Positions 19,659-30,654 are shown, counted from the first letter of the stretch. The stretch: 64,000 nucleotides of DNA from Parcubacteria group bacterium (GCA_041659505.1 JBAZYF010000002.1:115966-179965); one strand, 5' to 3'. A program made the numbers and translations. Notes: generated from the sequence alone by a model not told the origin.

Positions 19659-20705
19659 TTATTGCTTCCAATTCTCCCGACTCATCTCCGCCTGATTGAA
19701 TATTCCCACAAATTTGCCCCAAGCATAAACGATGAGTGTCACCCAGCAAGCCGGAAGGTGAAAAAACCAAGCCCTGTCTTTTTTTCTTGAGTAACCAATC
19801 AGCGCTTGCCCAAACAAGGGAAAAATCAAAACCGTATAGAGCAAAAATCGCAAAAGTCCCAGCGATGATTCTCCGCCAATTTCAAATTTGCTCCAATCAA
19901 ACACGCGTGACTTGTTTTTTTTGTGAAAGGTGTAATCCTTAATCCGTCTTTTTTGCTTCCTGATGAATTTGCCAAAATCCGCTTCGCAAAAAGTGTGGAT
20001 GATGCCAACTTTGACTTTGGCAATTTGAATCGCACCGCACTCGGCGATTTCCTTGGCAATCACGTCGATGTCAAACAGATATTTCCCGGTGTTGATTTTT
20101 TGCAAAAAAGCGGTGCGAAAAATTGTGCCGTTCGCGCCGACAGTCGGGATACCAGCCTTGGTTAATTTAATTTTGAGATAATCACCGCAATCAATTTCCT
20201 CGTGTGGCACCGCCGTCCATTTTTGGGTCAGATAGTTCCAACGATCATAATTGCCTAAAAATAGGCAGACGGGGTCGTTCATTCCAATTAGCGCGCAGTA
20301 ACGTTCAATGTAACCGCCTTCACGACGCCAAGTATAGCTGATCGGTTCAGATAGCATAATTTCTTGGTCCGCGAAAGGTGCCACCATTTTTTTCAGCCAC
20401 CCGGTGTCAGGCAAAAAATTATCCGAATCCAACGTCAGTGCCAGTTCATTTTTCGCCTCGCGCAAGGCCACCGCTTTCCCAGACTCGGCAGTTTTCAAAG
20501 GATTAGGAAAAACTTTTCCGCCATACTTTTTAACAATCTCCACTGTTGCGTCAGTCGATCCGCCATCGCCAACCAAAAACTCGAGCCTATCTTTGGGATA
20601 GTCCTGCTCAAATAGGCGACGCAAACATTCATCCAGCGTCAACTGCGCGTTGAGCGTCGCCATATAGACACTAATTGTCGGCAAATTATTTTCCATATCT
20701 AGCAA
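19659..20705 (-). CDS. Glycosyltransferase family 2 with C-terminal membrane segments
   Basis: ISVYMATLN...VGDGGSTD...LDSDN GT-A motifs; hydrophobic C-terminus. Confidence 0.7.
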   Translation of the reverse strand: MLDMENNLPTISVYMATLNAQLTLDECLRRLFEQDYPKDRLEFLVGDGGSTDATVEIVKKYGGKVFPNPLKTAESGKAVALREAKNELALTLDSDNFLPDTGWLKKMVAPFADQEIMLSEPISYTWRREGGYIERYCALIGMNDPVCLFLGNYDRWNYLTQKWTAVPHEEIDCGDYLKIKLTKAGIPTVGANGTIFRTAFLQKINTGKYLFDIDVIAKEIAECGAIQIAKVKVGIIHTFCEADFGKFIRKQKRRIKDYTFHKKNKSRVFDWSKFEIGGESSLGLLRFLLYTVLIFPLFGQALIGYSRKKDRAWFFHLPACWVTLIVYAWGKFVGIFNQAEMSRENWKQ

Positions 20706-22174
20706 TTTTCTTTTTTCGTTTTGGAAAAATCAATCATCTTTCCCAGCCATTTCCAGCCGGCTACAAAGAGAAATTTCAAATCACCCCAATTGCGAATGGA
20801 TATTAATTTCCGCCAGATAAATTGCGGGCTGGCAAATGACTTATACAGCCCCTGCACCAGATCTTTTGCTTCAAGGGAGCTGATCTGCGCTTTCATCACC
20901 ATTTCCCGCTGGTCATAGTGGGCATAGTCTAGCGTGCGCAATAAATCATTTTCGGCGCAATATTTGTGGAGCGGCGTGCCTGGGTAGGGAATGACGATCG
21001 TGCCCTGCAAGGTGTCGACATAACCTTCTTTGAATAATTTTTTGGCGAGTGCAATTGTGCGCTCGGCCATCTCTTTCGTTTCCCAAGGATAACCGATCAT
21101 GGCTGTGATATGCGGTTCTAGTCCGGCCTCTTTGCACAGCCTGAGTCCCGGCTCAATTTCTTCCACTTTGAGATTTTTGTCGATCCGATCCAGCGTTTCT
21201 TGATTGGCCGATTCCAGTCCGAAAAGAATGAAGCGAAAGCCGGCTTTTTTCATCATAGCCCAAATTTTTGGATCGCGAATTCCTGTGATGCGCATATTGC
21301 AACTCATCGTAATTTTTTTATTGTACCCTCGCTCAATCATCCCGTTGCAAAAATCTTCCAGCCATTGCCCGATGGGAAGCGAACCGGAATCTTCCATAAT
21401 TTCCCGCACACCCAGTTTGATCAAATTTTCCACTTCAGCCAGCGCTTTTTGCGCTGACATCGTGCGAAAACTCTTGCCCGGAAAAAGCGTCGTCCAAGAA
21501 CAGAAAGTACAGCGCCCCCACCAACAATCCCGCCCGCTCATGAGGTATGCGCCAGGAGTATACTTGAAATTGCCATTTTTGTAGGCATACAGTTTCCATT
21601 TCGTCAGCTCACGATCGATGAGTGGCAAATCATTGAGGTTGTGCTTGGATAGATCGGCTGGTCCGGAATTAACAATTTTTTGCGCGCCGTCGCGAAACCA
21701 AAATCCCCCTTCTAATATCTCGCCATTTTTTAAATGATTCGCCAGATTCAAAAGCATAAAATCATAATCCCCGCTCACCAGCACAAAATCAACCAGCGAC
21801 TCGCGCAGAGACTCTTCCGGAAAAGCCGTCACATGATCGCCCATCAGGACTATTTTCGCCTTAGGCAATTTGGTTTTGAGCTTGGCAATGATCTCCCAAT
21901 GCATTTTCACCACTGGTGTTTTTGTCTCAAGGGCAATCAGATCCGGCGCCTCAGCAACTATTCTTTTTTCCCAAGCTTCATAATCCAAACCTTCCGCAAT
22001 GCCCTCGTCCCAAAAAACGTCATAGCCGTTCTTTTTGAGAAGAGACGCCGCATAAGCGGGAATGACGGGATAGATAAAGGTTGGGGTGCTAAACCACTGA
22101 AACTGACGATTTTGACCAAGACAAGCAACGCCCTTTCCTGATTTCAAGGGCGGATAAGAAATAGCGATTTTCAT
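20699..22174 (-). CDS. B12-binding radical SAM protein (class B radical SAM, probable methyltransferase-type)
   Basis: N-terminal cobalamin-binding Rossmann-like domain; CxxxCxxC cluster motif CWWGRCTFC. Confidence 0.8.
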   Translation of the reverse strand: MKIAISYPPLKSGKGVACLGQNRQFQWFSTPTFIYPVIPAYAASLLKKNGYDVFWDEGIAEGLDYEAWEKRIVAEAPDLIALETKTPVVKMHWEIIAKLKTKLPKAKIVLMGDHVTAFPEESLRESLVDFVLVSGDYDFMLLNLANHLKNGEILEGGFWFRDGAQKIVNSGPADLSKHNLNDLPLIDRELTKWKLYAYKNGNFKYTPGAYLMSGRDCWWGRCTFCSWTTLFPGKSFRTMSAQKALAEVENLIKLGVREIMEDSGSLPIGQWLEDFCNGMIERGYNKKITMSCNMRITGIRDPKIWAMMKKAGFRFILFGLESANQETLDRIDKNLKVEEIEPGLRLCKEAGLEPHITAMIGYPWETKEMAERTIALAKKLFKEGYVDTLQGTIVIPYPGTPLHKYCAENDLLRTLDYAHYDQREMVMKAQISSLEAKDLVQGLYKSFASPQFIWRKLISIRNWGDLKFLFVAGWKWLGKMIDFSKTKKENC

Positions 22175-22366
22175 GAGGTCTCTACGAAATACGAGTCCGT
22201 ACCTACCTGCCGGTGGCTCACCGCCAAAAACTATGGCCGACGGAGCGCAGACAGGCGAATATACGAATCCGCTTTGATCAAGTTATAAATTAAAAAAACG
22301 ACTTCTAGGTTTCATTTTCTATAATAAACCAAAATGCTATTTTCTCCAAGGCTCTAAAAACACTTA
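22175..22366 (-). promoter_or_regulatory. GC-rich structured 5' leader / candidate cis-regulatory RNA upstream of the B12-radical SAM gene
   Basis: 192-nt intergenic gap inside otherwise tightly packed operon; locally GC-rich with several short stems (e.g. GGCGGTGAGCCACCGGC); identity not established. Confidence 0.3.
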
Positions 22367-23380
22367 CTAACGCATCTTGCTTTTAAGCTCTCGCGTGAAA
22401 AGAAAACCTTGCAAAAATCTTGCTCCGTAGACTAGATGTGTAAGAAAAACATACATCAGAGCATAGAGCGCTATCGGTAAATTTTTTTGACGACGCGTGA
22501 TATCAAAAAGGACAATGAGCATCGCCAGGCTATACATGATCCAGCCCAAAAGATAGAGAATTTCAAAAAAAACAAAAAAATGGCCAAGAATCAGTCCGAT
22601 AAAAACAAACAGAAAAAAAGCACTGGGGATGAAATAGCGGAATTTGAAGGAAGTTTTGGGATATTTTTTGGCAAAAAATCCGCGATGAATCCCATATCCT
22701 CCTATCTGTTTCAAGTGTCGCAAGAGCCCCTCGCGCCGATGATGCCAAACGATCACCGCTGGATCATAAAGAATCTTGTTATTTTCCTTGAGTTTATCAA
22801 TCACATCCAGACAAAATTTTGTGTCTTCCCCTGGCCAAAAATTACAATCAAAACCGCCTGCCTTGAGAAAGGCGCTCTTACGCACGGTCAGATTGACAGT
22901 CGGCCAGTCAGAAACTAGATGTTTTTCTCCCACTGGAACATAGCGCTCAGGAAAGCCGCCAGAAAGTTGACTGAGAAAGACCGCTCCGGAAACTTTTTGC
23001 AAAAAACTGTCCGATCCGGGAGTGATCGCCGGACCGCCGACAGCAGCGATACTTTCATCGGAAAAATCTTGATCTAAGATATTCAAAATGTCTTTACGCG
23101 GATAAGCATCATCGTCGATAAAAACTAAAAATTCACCCTGCGCATCGCGCACGGCCAAATTTCTTTTCACGGCCGGACCGCGACCACTGCCAATCTGCCT
23201 GGTTTTTGGCCAAGCTTCTGCCGTTTCCAGACCTTCGTCCGGATAAATAATAATTTCGTAGTCATCTCGCGAAATCTCCAGAATCTTCGGCACTGATTCG
23301 CGAATATAGTCGTTGACAACTTTAACCGGAATGATGAAACTGTATTTTATCAAATTAGCCATTTTTTGAGGTTTACGCAC
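22367..23380 (-). CDS. Glycosyltransferase family 2 with C-terminal TM helices
   Basis: FIIPVK...IDDDAYP DXD region; hydrophobic C-terminal third. Confidence 0.7.
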   Translation of the reverse strand: MRKPQKMANLIKYSFIIPVKVVNDYIRESVPKILEISRDDYEIIIYPDEGLETAEAWPKTRQIGSGRGPAVKRNLAVRDAQGEFLVFIDDDAYPRKDILNILDQDFSDESIAAVGGPAITPGSDSFLQKVSGAVFLSQLSGGFPERYVPVGEKHLVSDWPTVNLTVRKSAFLKAGGFDCNFWPGEDTKFCLDVIDKLKENNKILYDPAVIVWHHRREGLLRHLKQIGGYGIHRGFFAKKYPKTSFKFRYFIPSAFFLFVFIGLILGHFFVFFEILYLLGWIMYSLAMLIVLFDITRRQKNLPIALYALMYVFLTHLVYGARFLQGFLFTRELKSKMR

Positions 23381-23439
23381 TCACCCTGCTTACTTCCATA
23401 TTATACACCCACCAAACAAAATTGCGAAACTCTCCGTGC

Positions 23440-25342
23440 TTATTTTTTCAAATACGCGAGATTCGCCAAAAGCAACTCCTTCCCTTCCGGAGTGACTATT
23501 TTGGCAGTGGCAGTTTCGAGGTGCTTTTCCAAAAGCGCGATCTCCAAACTGATTTGTCTCTCCAGTCCCGAAATCAGTGCTAAACGCAGTTTACTATTGA
23601 GCGCATAAGCGCAGTTTTCAATCCCCAAAAGGAGCTCTTGGGAAATCTTGAGACTCAGGAGATGGGCGGAAAGAAACTTTTTCTCTGTTTGAGTTTTGAT
23701 CAGTTTTTGCGCAAAATAGTAATCAATATTTTTTAGTATCGCTCCCGCATCGGTCACAACTTCCACCGAACGTTCCGCTGTTCCGACGTTCCCCGCGTCA
23801 TCTTTCGCCACGATTTTCAAACCGTGCGTTCCTGGTTTTTGCAAACGCAGATCAATTTCGTTTTTTGCCAAAATTGCATTATCCCAAAAAATTTCCGCCG
23901 TAATTTTGTCCGCTTGAGATTGATTATCGCTAAGTGAGTACTCAATTTTAAGCACCCGATCGTTGGGATATTTTTTATTTTCTTTTGGATTCTGAATTTC
24001 AACTGTCGGCGCTTCCCTGTCACTATTTTCATCAATCAGTTTTCCCTCTTTAATTTCAACTGTTTTTTCCTCCGTCTCCCCTGCCACAGCCGTGCCAAAA
24101 ATTTTTGCAGTTGATTCTTCCGCCACCCCGTCGCTACGCTCCGAAATCTTGGCTACCTCCACGCGGTAATCACCGCCATTTCCCGTCCCTTCGGTGATGA
24201 TTTGATATTCTCCGGTTGACACCGGATCAGGAATAGTGATAAATTCATTTTCAATTCCATTGTAGCCCGTATAATATGCTCCTTTGATCTGATTTATGTC
24301 TTCAAGCGGTCGGATCTTTTTCCCTGCCCAATGCAACCCATCTGGCGCGATGATTTGAACGTCGATGGGAGAATACACAGAAACAATTAAAAGATTTTTA
24401 ATTAATGAATCATCATTTTCTCCAGTTGGCCTAACTCCGGTAAGCAATTCGAGTATGTCTTTTTGCGCTTTTGTTGGAAGATCAACATGCGCAGCATTAA
24501 TTTCGACATATTCATCACTAGGTATATTTTCACTTTTGGCTGATTCGAGTGGAACGGTTCCGTCTCCAATGCCCTTTGTTAATCCTCTATCTCCAATAAG
24601 TGGAATCTCAAAACCAAGAGGGTAACCATGATCCCAATACTTGCCCATTTCTGGAGCGTCAATAACTTTGAATCCAACTATTGTGCCCTCATCACTTCCA
24701 GCTTTTCCAACTATTTTATCAAATTCGATATAATTTAATTTGCCTTTTTTCTCTGCACTGTTCAAGTTTTCTAAAAAAATATTCTCAGGATAGTCTAATG
24801 GGTAAATTTTATAGACGTCGTCATTCTCAACATCTTGCAAATAATTATACACTGGTAACAATTCTTGCAGTGAAGCGATTGGTCTTTGATGGATATAGTC
24901 AAAAAGATCGGCATACTCAGGATTTCTTGCTTCCTGCGCTTCTTGTGTCAATATATGTTTCGTATACATATCCGACAAATCCCAAAACCAGCCATCTCCA
25001 TCCCATTTCAAATATGCCCCCGGCGCCCCGTTCTGTGGTGTTCCAAGCGTAACTAGTTGATCAATATCATCAGCATAATAATCTGATTCTACATATTCGC
25101 GAGCCAGTAGTCCTCCCATTGAATGCGCCACGATGTCCACTTTTGGCCAATTATTTTGCGTTGTAATGTCTTGGATTTTTTGCGCCAGAAGTTTTGCATT
25201 TTCAATATTGCTATCGCGCCACTCATAAGGCAACTCAAATAAATCCCTATCTGGGACATACCCATTATCCACAAACTCCTTGTAGAGATTATCATAAGTA
25301 TGCAAAATCAGATCCATTCGCCATTCGCCATCTTTTTTTTTG
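23440..25342 (-). CDS. C-terminal part of secreted beta-helix/lipase fusion protein: alpha/beta-hydrolase (PGAP1/lipase-like, GHSMGG elbow) + Ig-like and helical C-terminal domains; frame-shifted relative to 25292..26191
   Basis: AHSMGG nucleophile elbow; sequence continuity with upstream ORF across A-homopolymer (…PVLLIPGILGSQKK | KDGEWRMDLILHTYDN…). Confidence 0.65.
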
Positions 25343-26191
25343 TGAACCCAAAATTCCAGGAATAAGCAGCACTGGATCTTGATATTTTTCCTCCGTGAGA
25401 TGATAGGAGCAGTCAATATTTTCATTGATTGCCTGGAATTCACCATCGCCAAGGTCAAGCACTTTTTCCGGACCAGTACTTTTTCCCCACCAATTGTAGC
25501 GAAAATCTGCCATTACTCCATCTTCACCCTTGGAACAAAACACGTCTCCGGTGGCATTGTAAGAAAAAAATGTTCGATTAACTTTCACATCTTCTCCTTT
25601 TTCCAGACTAGCCATTATACCCAGATTGTTATCATGGATACGACTTCCGGAAATTCTTAACCTTGAGCCATACCAAGCCATAATTGCCCCAGTTGGACTG
25701 TCGGCATAAACAGTACTAACAAATGGATTAAAAAACATCTGTGGCGTATAGCTTCCTCCACCACTAATATCAGCATTCATAATACTCGCTTCTCCGCCAT
25801 CTTCGATATTTATTGAATAAGCGAATCTAGGATTAGTCTCTTCCGTTTTCTGAAAGATAACAGGGTTTTTTTGTGTTCCCTTCACGAATAATTTTCCCGC
25901 CACGTTTAAAGAAGATCTTCTGTCAAATGTCACTTTCACGCCACCTTTAATCACAAGCGTTGCCCCAGCCTCAACAGACACTGTTCCTTCGATGAATTTG
26001 TCCGATGTCCATTCCACATAACCCTTGATATCATCCGGACTCTCCTCCTCTCCTCTAACAAAGTCTCTAACGTCATATTTTTTCAATCCGATATTTTCTT
26101 TCCCAAAAAACGCTACCTGAAATGGCGAAATTGGTGCTAAGCTTAAAATTAAAGTCAATAAAAAAATACTTATTACTCGTACCCTCTTCAT
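25292..26191 (-). CDS. N-terminal part of same protein: signal peptide + right-handed parallel beta-helix domain, ending in start of lipase domain (PVLLIPGILGS)
   Basis: Signal peptide MKRVRVISIFLLTLILSLA; beta-helix repeats; terminates 3 codons after homopolymer in wrong frame. Confidence 0.65.
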   Translation of the reverse strand: MKRVRVISIFLLTLILSLAPISPFQVAFFGKENIGLKKYDVRDFVRGEEESPDDIKGYVEWTSDKFIEGTVSVEAGATLVIKGGVKVTFDRRSSLNVAGKLFVKGTQKNPVIFQKTEETNPRFAYSINIEDGGEASIMNADISGGGSYTPQMFFNPFVSTVYADSPTGAIMAWYGSRLRISGSRIHDNNLGIMASLEKGEDVKVNRTFFSYNATGDVFCSKGEDGVMADFRYNWWGKSTGPEKVLDLGDGEFQAINENIDCSYHLTEEKYQDPVLLIPGILGSQKKRWRMANGSDFAYL

Positions 26192-26454
26192 TTTTGTGAG
26201 AAATATTTAATTATTAAATATATATTGATTATTGGCCAAATTAAAAGAGCAAAATATCCCAACCATTTCACATCATAAAAATCAAACATCATTGAACCAA
26301 TGTTCAACAAGAAGCTCAAATTTCCTAAAACTGAAAAAACGACCAACGCTAAAAATTTCTTTTTAGTCGTCGCCAAAATTATCAGCGCAACAAGCACAGA
26401 CAAACCCAAAAGGCCTAGGCTCAACTTCAAGTCAAATGTTGGATCAGAAAACAT
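26188..26454 (-). CDS. Small membrane protein (88 aa, 2-3 TM), start overlaps downstream gene by 4 nt
   Basis: ORF track; hydrophobic helices; translational coupling overlap. Confidence 0.45.
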   Translation of the reverse strand: MFSDPTFDLKLSLGLLGLSVLVALIILATTKKKFLALVVFSVLGNLSFLLNIGSMMFDFYDVKWLGYFALLIWPIINIYLIIKYFSQK

Positions 26455-26545
26455 ACTTTTTTTTGCAAAACTTCCTCCGTCAAAACATTTGCCGGGGAGT
26501 TTTTCATTTTAATTTTTATTACGCACTTTATATTAAAAACTTTTT

Positions 26546-27487
26546 CTACAATTCAATACTCTTGAAATATTCAATCGTTTTTTGCAGACCGGCTTCCAAT
26601 TGCACCGTCGGCTCCCAATCTAGTTCTTTTTTGGCAAGAGAAATGTCCGGTTTTCGCTGGCGCGGATCATCTTGGGGTAAAGGTTTGAAAATAATCTTGC
26701 TTTTGCTTTCCGGAATCATCGCAATCACTTTTTCCGCCAATTCCTTAATGGTAAACTCGATCGGATTGCCAATATTCACCGGGCCGACAAAACCCTGCTC
26801 GTTGTTCATCATTTTCACCATGCCGGAAATCAAATCATCGACATATTGAAAACTGCGCGTCTGTGAGCCGTCGCCATAAATCGTGATGTCTTCATTTTTC
26901 AAAGCTTGGACGATGAAATTGGAAACCACCCGGCCATCGTGCGGGTGCATATTCGGTCCATAGGTGTTGAAAATGCGAATGACGCGGATCGGCAAATTGT
27001 GCTGGCGGTAATAGTCGAAAAAGAGAGTCTCAGCGCAACGCTTGCCTTCATCATAGCAAGAACGGATCCCGATCGGATTGACCCGCCCCCAATAACTTTC
27101 CACTTGCGGATGCACCTCTGGGTCGCCATAGACTTCGGAAGTGGACGCTTGCAAAATCCGCGCTTTTGTCCGCTTGGCGAGGCCTAGCATATTGATTGCG
27201 CCGTGGACAGATGTTTTGGTCGTCTGCACCGGATCAAACTGATAGTGAATTGGCGAGGCCGGACAAGCGAGGTTATAGATCTGATCAACTTCGACGTAGA
27301 GCGGAAAAGTCACATCGTGGCGCAGAAACTCGAATTTTTTGTTTTCCAAAAGATCCAAAATATTATTTTTATTGCCGGTGAAAAAGTTGTCCACGCACAA
27401 GACTTCATTTCCTTCCGCCAACAGTTTGCGACAAAGATGCGAACCAATAAATCCGGCTCCGCCGGTTACGAGAATTTTTTTGGACAT
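26546..27487 (-). CDS. UDP-glucuronate decarboxylase (UDP-xylose synthase)
   Basis: [43 protein letters not shown] matches UXS/ArnA-decarboxylase family N-terminus; 313 aa. Confidence 0.85.
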   Translation of the reverse strand: MSKKILVTGGAGFIGSHLCRKLLAEGNEVLCVDNFFTGNKNNILDLLENKKFEFLRHDVTFPLYVEVDQIYNLACPASPIHYQFDPVQTTKTSVHGAINMLGLAKRTKARILQASTSEVYGDPEVHPQVESYWGRVNPIGIRSCYDEGKRCAETLFFDYYRQHNLPIRVIRIFNTYGPNMHPHDGRVVSNFIVQALKNEDITIYGDGSQTRSFQYVDDLISGMVKMMNNEQGFVGPVNIGNPIEFTIKELAEKVIAMIPESKSKIIFKPLPQDDPRQRKPDISLAKKELDWEPTVQLEAGLQKTIEYFKSIEL

Positions 27488-27512
27488 AAAAAATTTTAAA
27501 TATTTATAATTT

Positions 27513-28967
27513 CTAGTTTACCGCCAAACCGGAAGGTCCGGCTGGCGCAATCTCATCACCAAGCTCTGTGGAGAAAGGACTTTCATCCGCTCCAATATCC
27601 CAAGGAACGGTGCGCGTATCGCCGTCAATATCAACTGAAAAACTCAAATGAGCATCACTAGCCAAATTCGATCCGGCATCAATCGCTGCGGTGTCAGTGT
27701 CATCCAGATGAAAGTCTTCTGCATCCGTGGTCAAATCTGTGAAAGTTAATGTTTGTGAATCAATATTATGGCTGCCCGGAGTATCATCCAAATCGCTTAT
27801 ATTATACTCCGACGCTAAATCAAACGATCCGGTACCACCATAACCGATGCCACAGTTTTGCGCAATATTATTTTTAGCCACAATAGTGCCCAAATCGACT
27901 TGAAAACAAACATCCTCGCCACCCAGAGTTGCAAAGGCGCCATAAACGGTGTTGTTGTAGGCATAGAGCGTATTGGACTCACCAATCAGATAAATTCCGC
28001 CTTCACTGAAGCCGGAAATAATATTATTCCAAACCTTATACGTTCCCGTCTCAGTTCCCGTAGCCATGATGCCATAGCTGGTCCAGCCTTCCGCTGGTGC
28101 TTTTATGATGCAATTACTTATCCTGGTCAGTCCGGAAATGTTGGCCAGGGAAACACCAATCGTATTCCCAGTTCCCATATTATCATCCAAAATTTGCAAA
28201 CCATCCAGCCAGACATTTGGACCGCCAATATTGATCGGCGGGTCACTCTGATTATCCCCATCAACAGAATGAACTGCTAGCGTATATTTACCCGTCTCAC
28301 CCCAGACTCCTGCGTGCCGCTGACTTGTGCCTACTTGCGTCGTCAGGTTAGGTGTAAATATTTTAATGAAACGAGTATCATCTGTCGTCCAACCACCAAC
28401 CATCACGACTCCAGCGCTAACATCATCTTCTGCGTCACCATAACAAGCAATGTTCCATTGCAGATCGCCCGCCACCAAATCATTACCCAGATCATTGGCA
28501 GTAGCATCACCTCCAGCCGTCCAGTCATCAAAGTTAGCCACCGTCGAATCAAAAGCTAAACTTTCAATTCCTGCTTCAGCATCAACAAGTGATGTATAGG
28601 CACGATAAACACTAACAACCTGCGTAGCGCTGGCGCTATGCGGAGCCCCGCCAGTCGAAGACTGAACGGAAAAAACGGAGCTGGAAGTTCGACCAGTGAT
28701 AAAAGCCAAATAGACTGTTCCGGAAATATCATATTGCAAAACATCACCTACTCCAACATTATTCGGCATCGCATCAGAAAAAGTTGCCGTTGTGCCGGAA
28801 ATTGTCACTGTTTCGTGCGTTGTGTTTAGATTGGTAGTATTGGCTGGTCCGACCGAACGATAAATTTGCGTCGCTGCGCTTGCCGAAAAAGAAAAAGACA
28901 GACCGCCTAAAAGTAGAAAAGAAAAAAAACATAATTCTAGTACTTTTTTTTGTGTTTCTTTTTTCAT
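27513..28967 (-). CDS. Secreted right-handed beta-helix (pectate-lyase-like fold) protein
   Basis: Internal start [31 protein letters not shown] (signal peptide) preferred over track's upstream start; beta-helix repeats; C-terminal WDIGADE…PSGLAVN tail shared with 40282..41799. Confidence 0.7.
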   Translation of the reverse strand: MKKETQKKVLELCFFSFLLLGGLSFSFSASAATQIYRSVGPANTTNLNTTHETVTISGTTATFSDAMPNNVGVGDVLQYDISGTVYLAFITGRTSSSVFSVQSSTGGAPHSASATQVVSVYRAYTSLVDAEAGIESLAFDSTVANFDDWTAGGDATANDLGNDLVAGDLQWNIACYGDAEDDVSAGVVMVGGWTTDDTRFIKIFTPNLTTQVGTSQRHAGVWGETGKYTLAVHSVDGDNQSDPPINIGGPNVWLDGLQILDDNMGTGNTIGVSLANISGLTRISNCIIKAPAEGWTSYGIMATGTETGTYKVWNNIISGFSEGGIYLIGESNTLYAYNNTVYGAFATLGGEDVCFQVDLGTIVAKNNIAQNCGIGYGGTGSFDLASEYNISDLDDTPGSHNIDSQTLTFTDLTTDAEDFHLDDTDTAAIDAGSNLASDAHLSFSVDIDGDTRTVPWDIGADESPFSTELGDEIAPAGPSGLAVN

Positions 28968-29103
28968 CTTTTTTATAATTAAAAAGCTTAACTTATTTGA
29001 AGTAATTATACTCCATATTAGACCAAAATGGCAAGTAAAAATACAAAAGGGACTTTTCCGTTTCAGAAAAATCCCTTTTATCGTGTTGCAAAACAAACCA
29101 TCT

Positions 29104-29973
29104 TCATGGACAAGACGATGTGCCCACGTTAGACGCAAAGATTATCTTTTTTATCCTTAAGGATTCAAACAGCGGCAATCTTGACACATTTTTATATGAA
29201 TATGCATTGGCGCTGACAAATCCGATTACACTGCAATCAGGACTAAAATCAGCGCTAACGAGATCGATAACCAAATCTCGATTAAACGTGTGCCACTGAC
29301 CATCATTGAATAACCCCAACCCGAACGTTGCTATGGTCGCCGTGTGAGAATTAAGCTCGGGATCGATATATTTGTACTGCATCGTAGCGTTTACCGTGGA
29401 ATTATCAGGAAGTAAAACGGAAAGTATAATCGAGATATAGGGGAGATAGCTTCCCGTCCCTGCCGCTAAAACTTCCACGTACATCTGGGTATTTTTCAGG
29501 TCGAGTCCAGTCAAGCTAGTCTTATTTTGACTGGCTGAGGTGGCGGTACCGCTAGTGCCAAAAAGTACTTCTTCGACACCATCGAGTCCATCAATAAGAG
29601 CACTACCCCTGACTTTTGTCCAGTTGTCATGGGCACCATTGCCCTCGACAACATTAACAACCAATTCGGTAGAAAAAGCCGACTCAATATTATCACCATA
29701 AGCCGTAACGGCGAAATATTGGTTAATGCCCTCCTCAAATTCCATCCCGATATCCGCCAAGTCAATCATTGTGACATTCCCAACATCCACCGGTGGACCA
29801 TAGACGCCAGACTCCGTTCCGCGATAGAGCTTATAGCCCAATACGGCCGGATCATTGTTTGGACACCACGCCAATTTGACACTAGTCAAAATTGTGGCGC
29901 TAGCATTCACCGTCAGTATTGACAAAACTAAAAAAACGACCAAAGATCCAAAAAACCGATTTCTTTTCCTCAT
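29104..29973 (-). CDS. Secreted protein with N-terminal signal/anchor and fibronectin type III-like domain
   Basis: Signal peptide; FN3 pattern LAWCPNNDPAVLGYKLYRGTESGVYG…YFAVTAYGDNIESAFS. Confidence 0.6.
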   Translation of the reverse strand: MRKRNRFFGSLVVFLVLSILTVNASATILTSVKLAWCPNNDPAVLGYKLYRGTESGVYGPPVDVGNVTMIDLADIGMEFEEGINQYFAVTAYGDNIESAFSTELVVNVVEGNGAHDNWTKVRGSALIDGLDGVEEVLFGTSGTATSASQNKTSLTGLDLKNTQMYVEVLAAGTGSYLPYISIILSVLLPDNSTVNATMQYKYIDPELNSHTATIATFGLGLFNDGQWHTFNRDLVIDLVSADFSPDCSVIGFVSANAYSYKNVSRLPLFESLRIKKIIFASNVGTSSCP

Positions 29974-30156
29974 GGCTATTTCCTCCCTCTATTTTGAAGT
30001 TTTTTGTTTTTTTATGAAAATAAAAAAAGCAGACCTAAAAACACAAGCCTCCTTCTTGTTTTTTTGTTTTTTTATCTTGTTTAGTAAAGAGCCATTTCTT
30101 TGTTCAATGATAGTATATTTCCCGCTATAAATCAAGGGGATTCCCCCGTACCAAAA

Positions 30157-30654
30157 TTATTCAAATTTCACCCGCAATTTTTTTCCCAGATACCGCTCAT
30201 AGTTATCCGGGCTATTGATGTATTGAATGTCAAAATGATGGCTGATGCGGTAGCTGATGAAATAGGATTTCACTGGTGTATCGTCAATAATCACATCCGC
30301 CACCAGATGGAAAAATACCCCCAAAGCCAAGGCCAAAAATACAGTTTTGGCTAATTTACTCTTGAGCAAATAGACCAAGAGCAAGAAAATAAGCACATAT
30401 TCCCAACCATGAAAAAACACATAAATCTTGCCTGATTTCAGAAATTGGTAACCATTTTGGAAATATTCCCATTGCCAATTCCAGCCAAAAGCCAGGAAAT
30501 AGTCAATGAAATGATCCAGGTCAATCAGAAATCCACCCAAAAAACCGAATGAAAATGCCCAAAACGGCTTTTTCCAAATGCGCCACGCGATAAGACCAGC
30601 CAAGAGGCTAAAAAACAAATGGATCGAAAGATGCACCGGTAAAGATAAATTCAT
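30157..30654 (-). CDS. Integral membrane protein, possible membrane-bound metal-dependent hydrolase (DUF457/YdjM-like)
   Basis: 4-5 TM helices, conserved His/Asp in loops (DLDHFIDY, HGWEY); family call tentative. Confidence 0.45.
   Translation of the reverse strand: MNLSLPVHLSIHLFFSLLAGLIAWRIWKKPFWAFSFGFLGGFLIDLDHFIDYFLAFGWNWQWEYFQNGYQFLKSGKIYVFFHGWEYVLIFLLLVYLLKSKLAKTVFLALALGVFFHLVADVIIDDTPVKSYFISYRISHHFDIQYINSPDNYERYLGKKLRVKFE

Noticed and set aside
22258-22275. tRNA-like T-loop motif (ACGAATCC)
   Set aside because: No acceptor/anticodon arms can be built; lies in GC-rich leader.
27513-29138. Long N-terminal extensions of track ORFs (27513..29138, 32482..33492, 62738..63223, 36930..37403)
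   Set aside because: Extensions overlap upstream genes or lack signal-peptide logic; internal ATG/SD-supported starts (28967, 33417, 63142, 37023) preferred.
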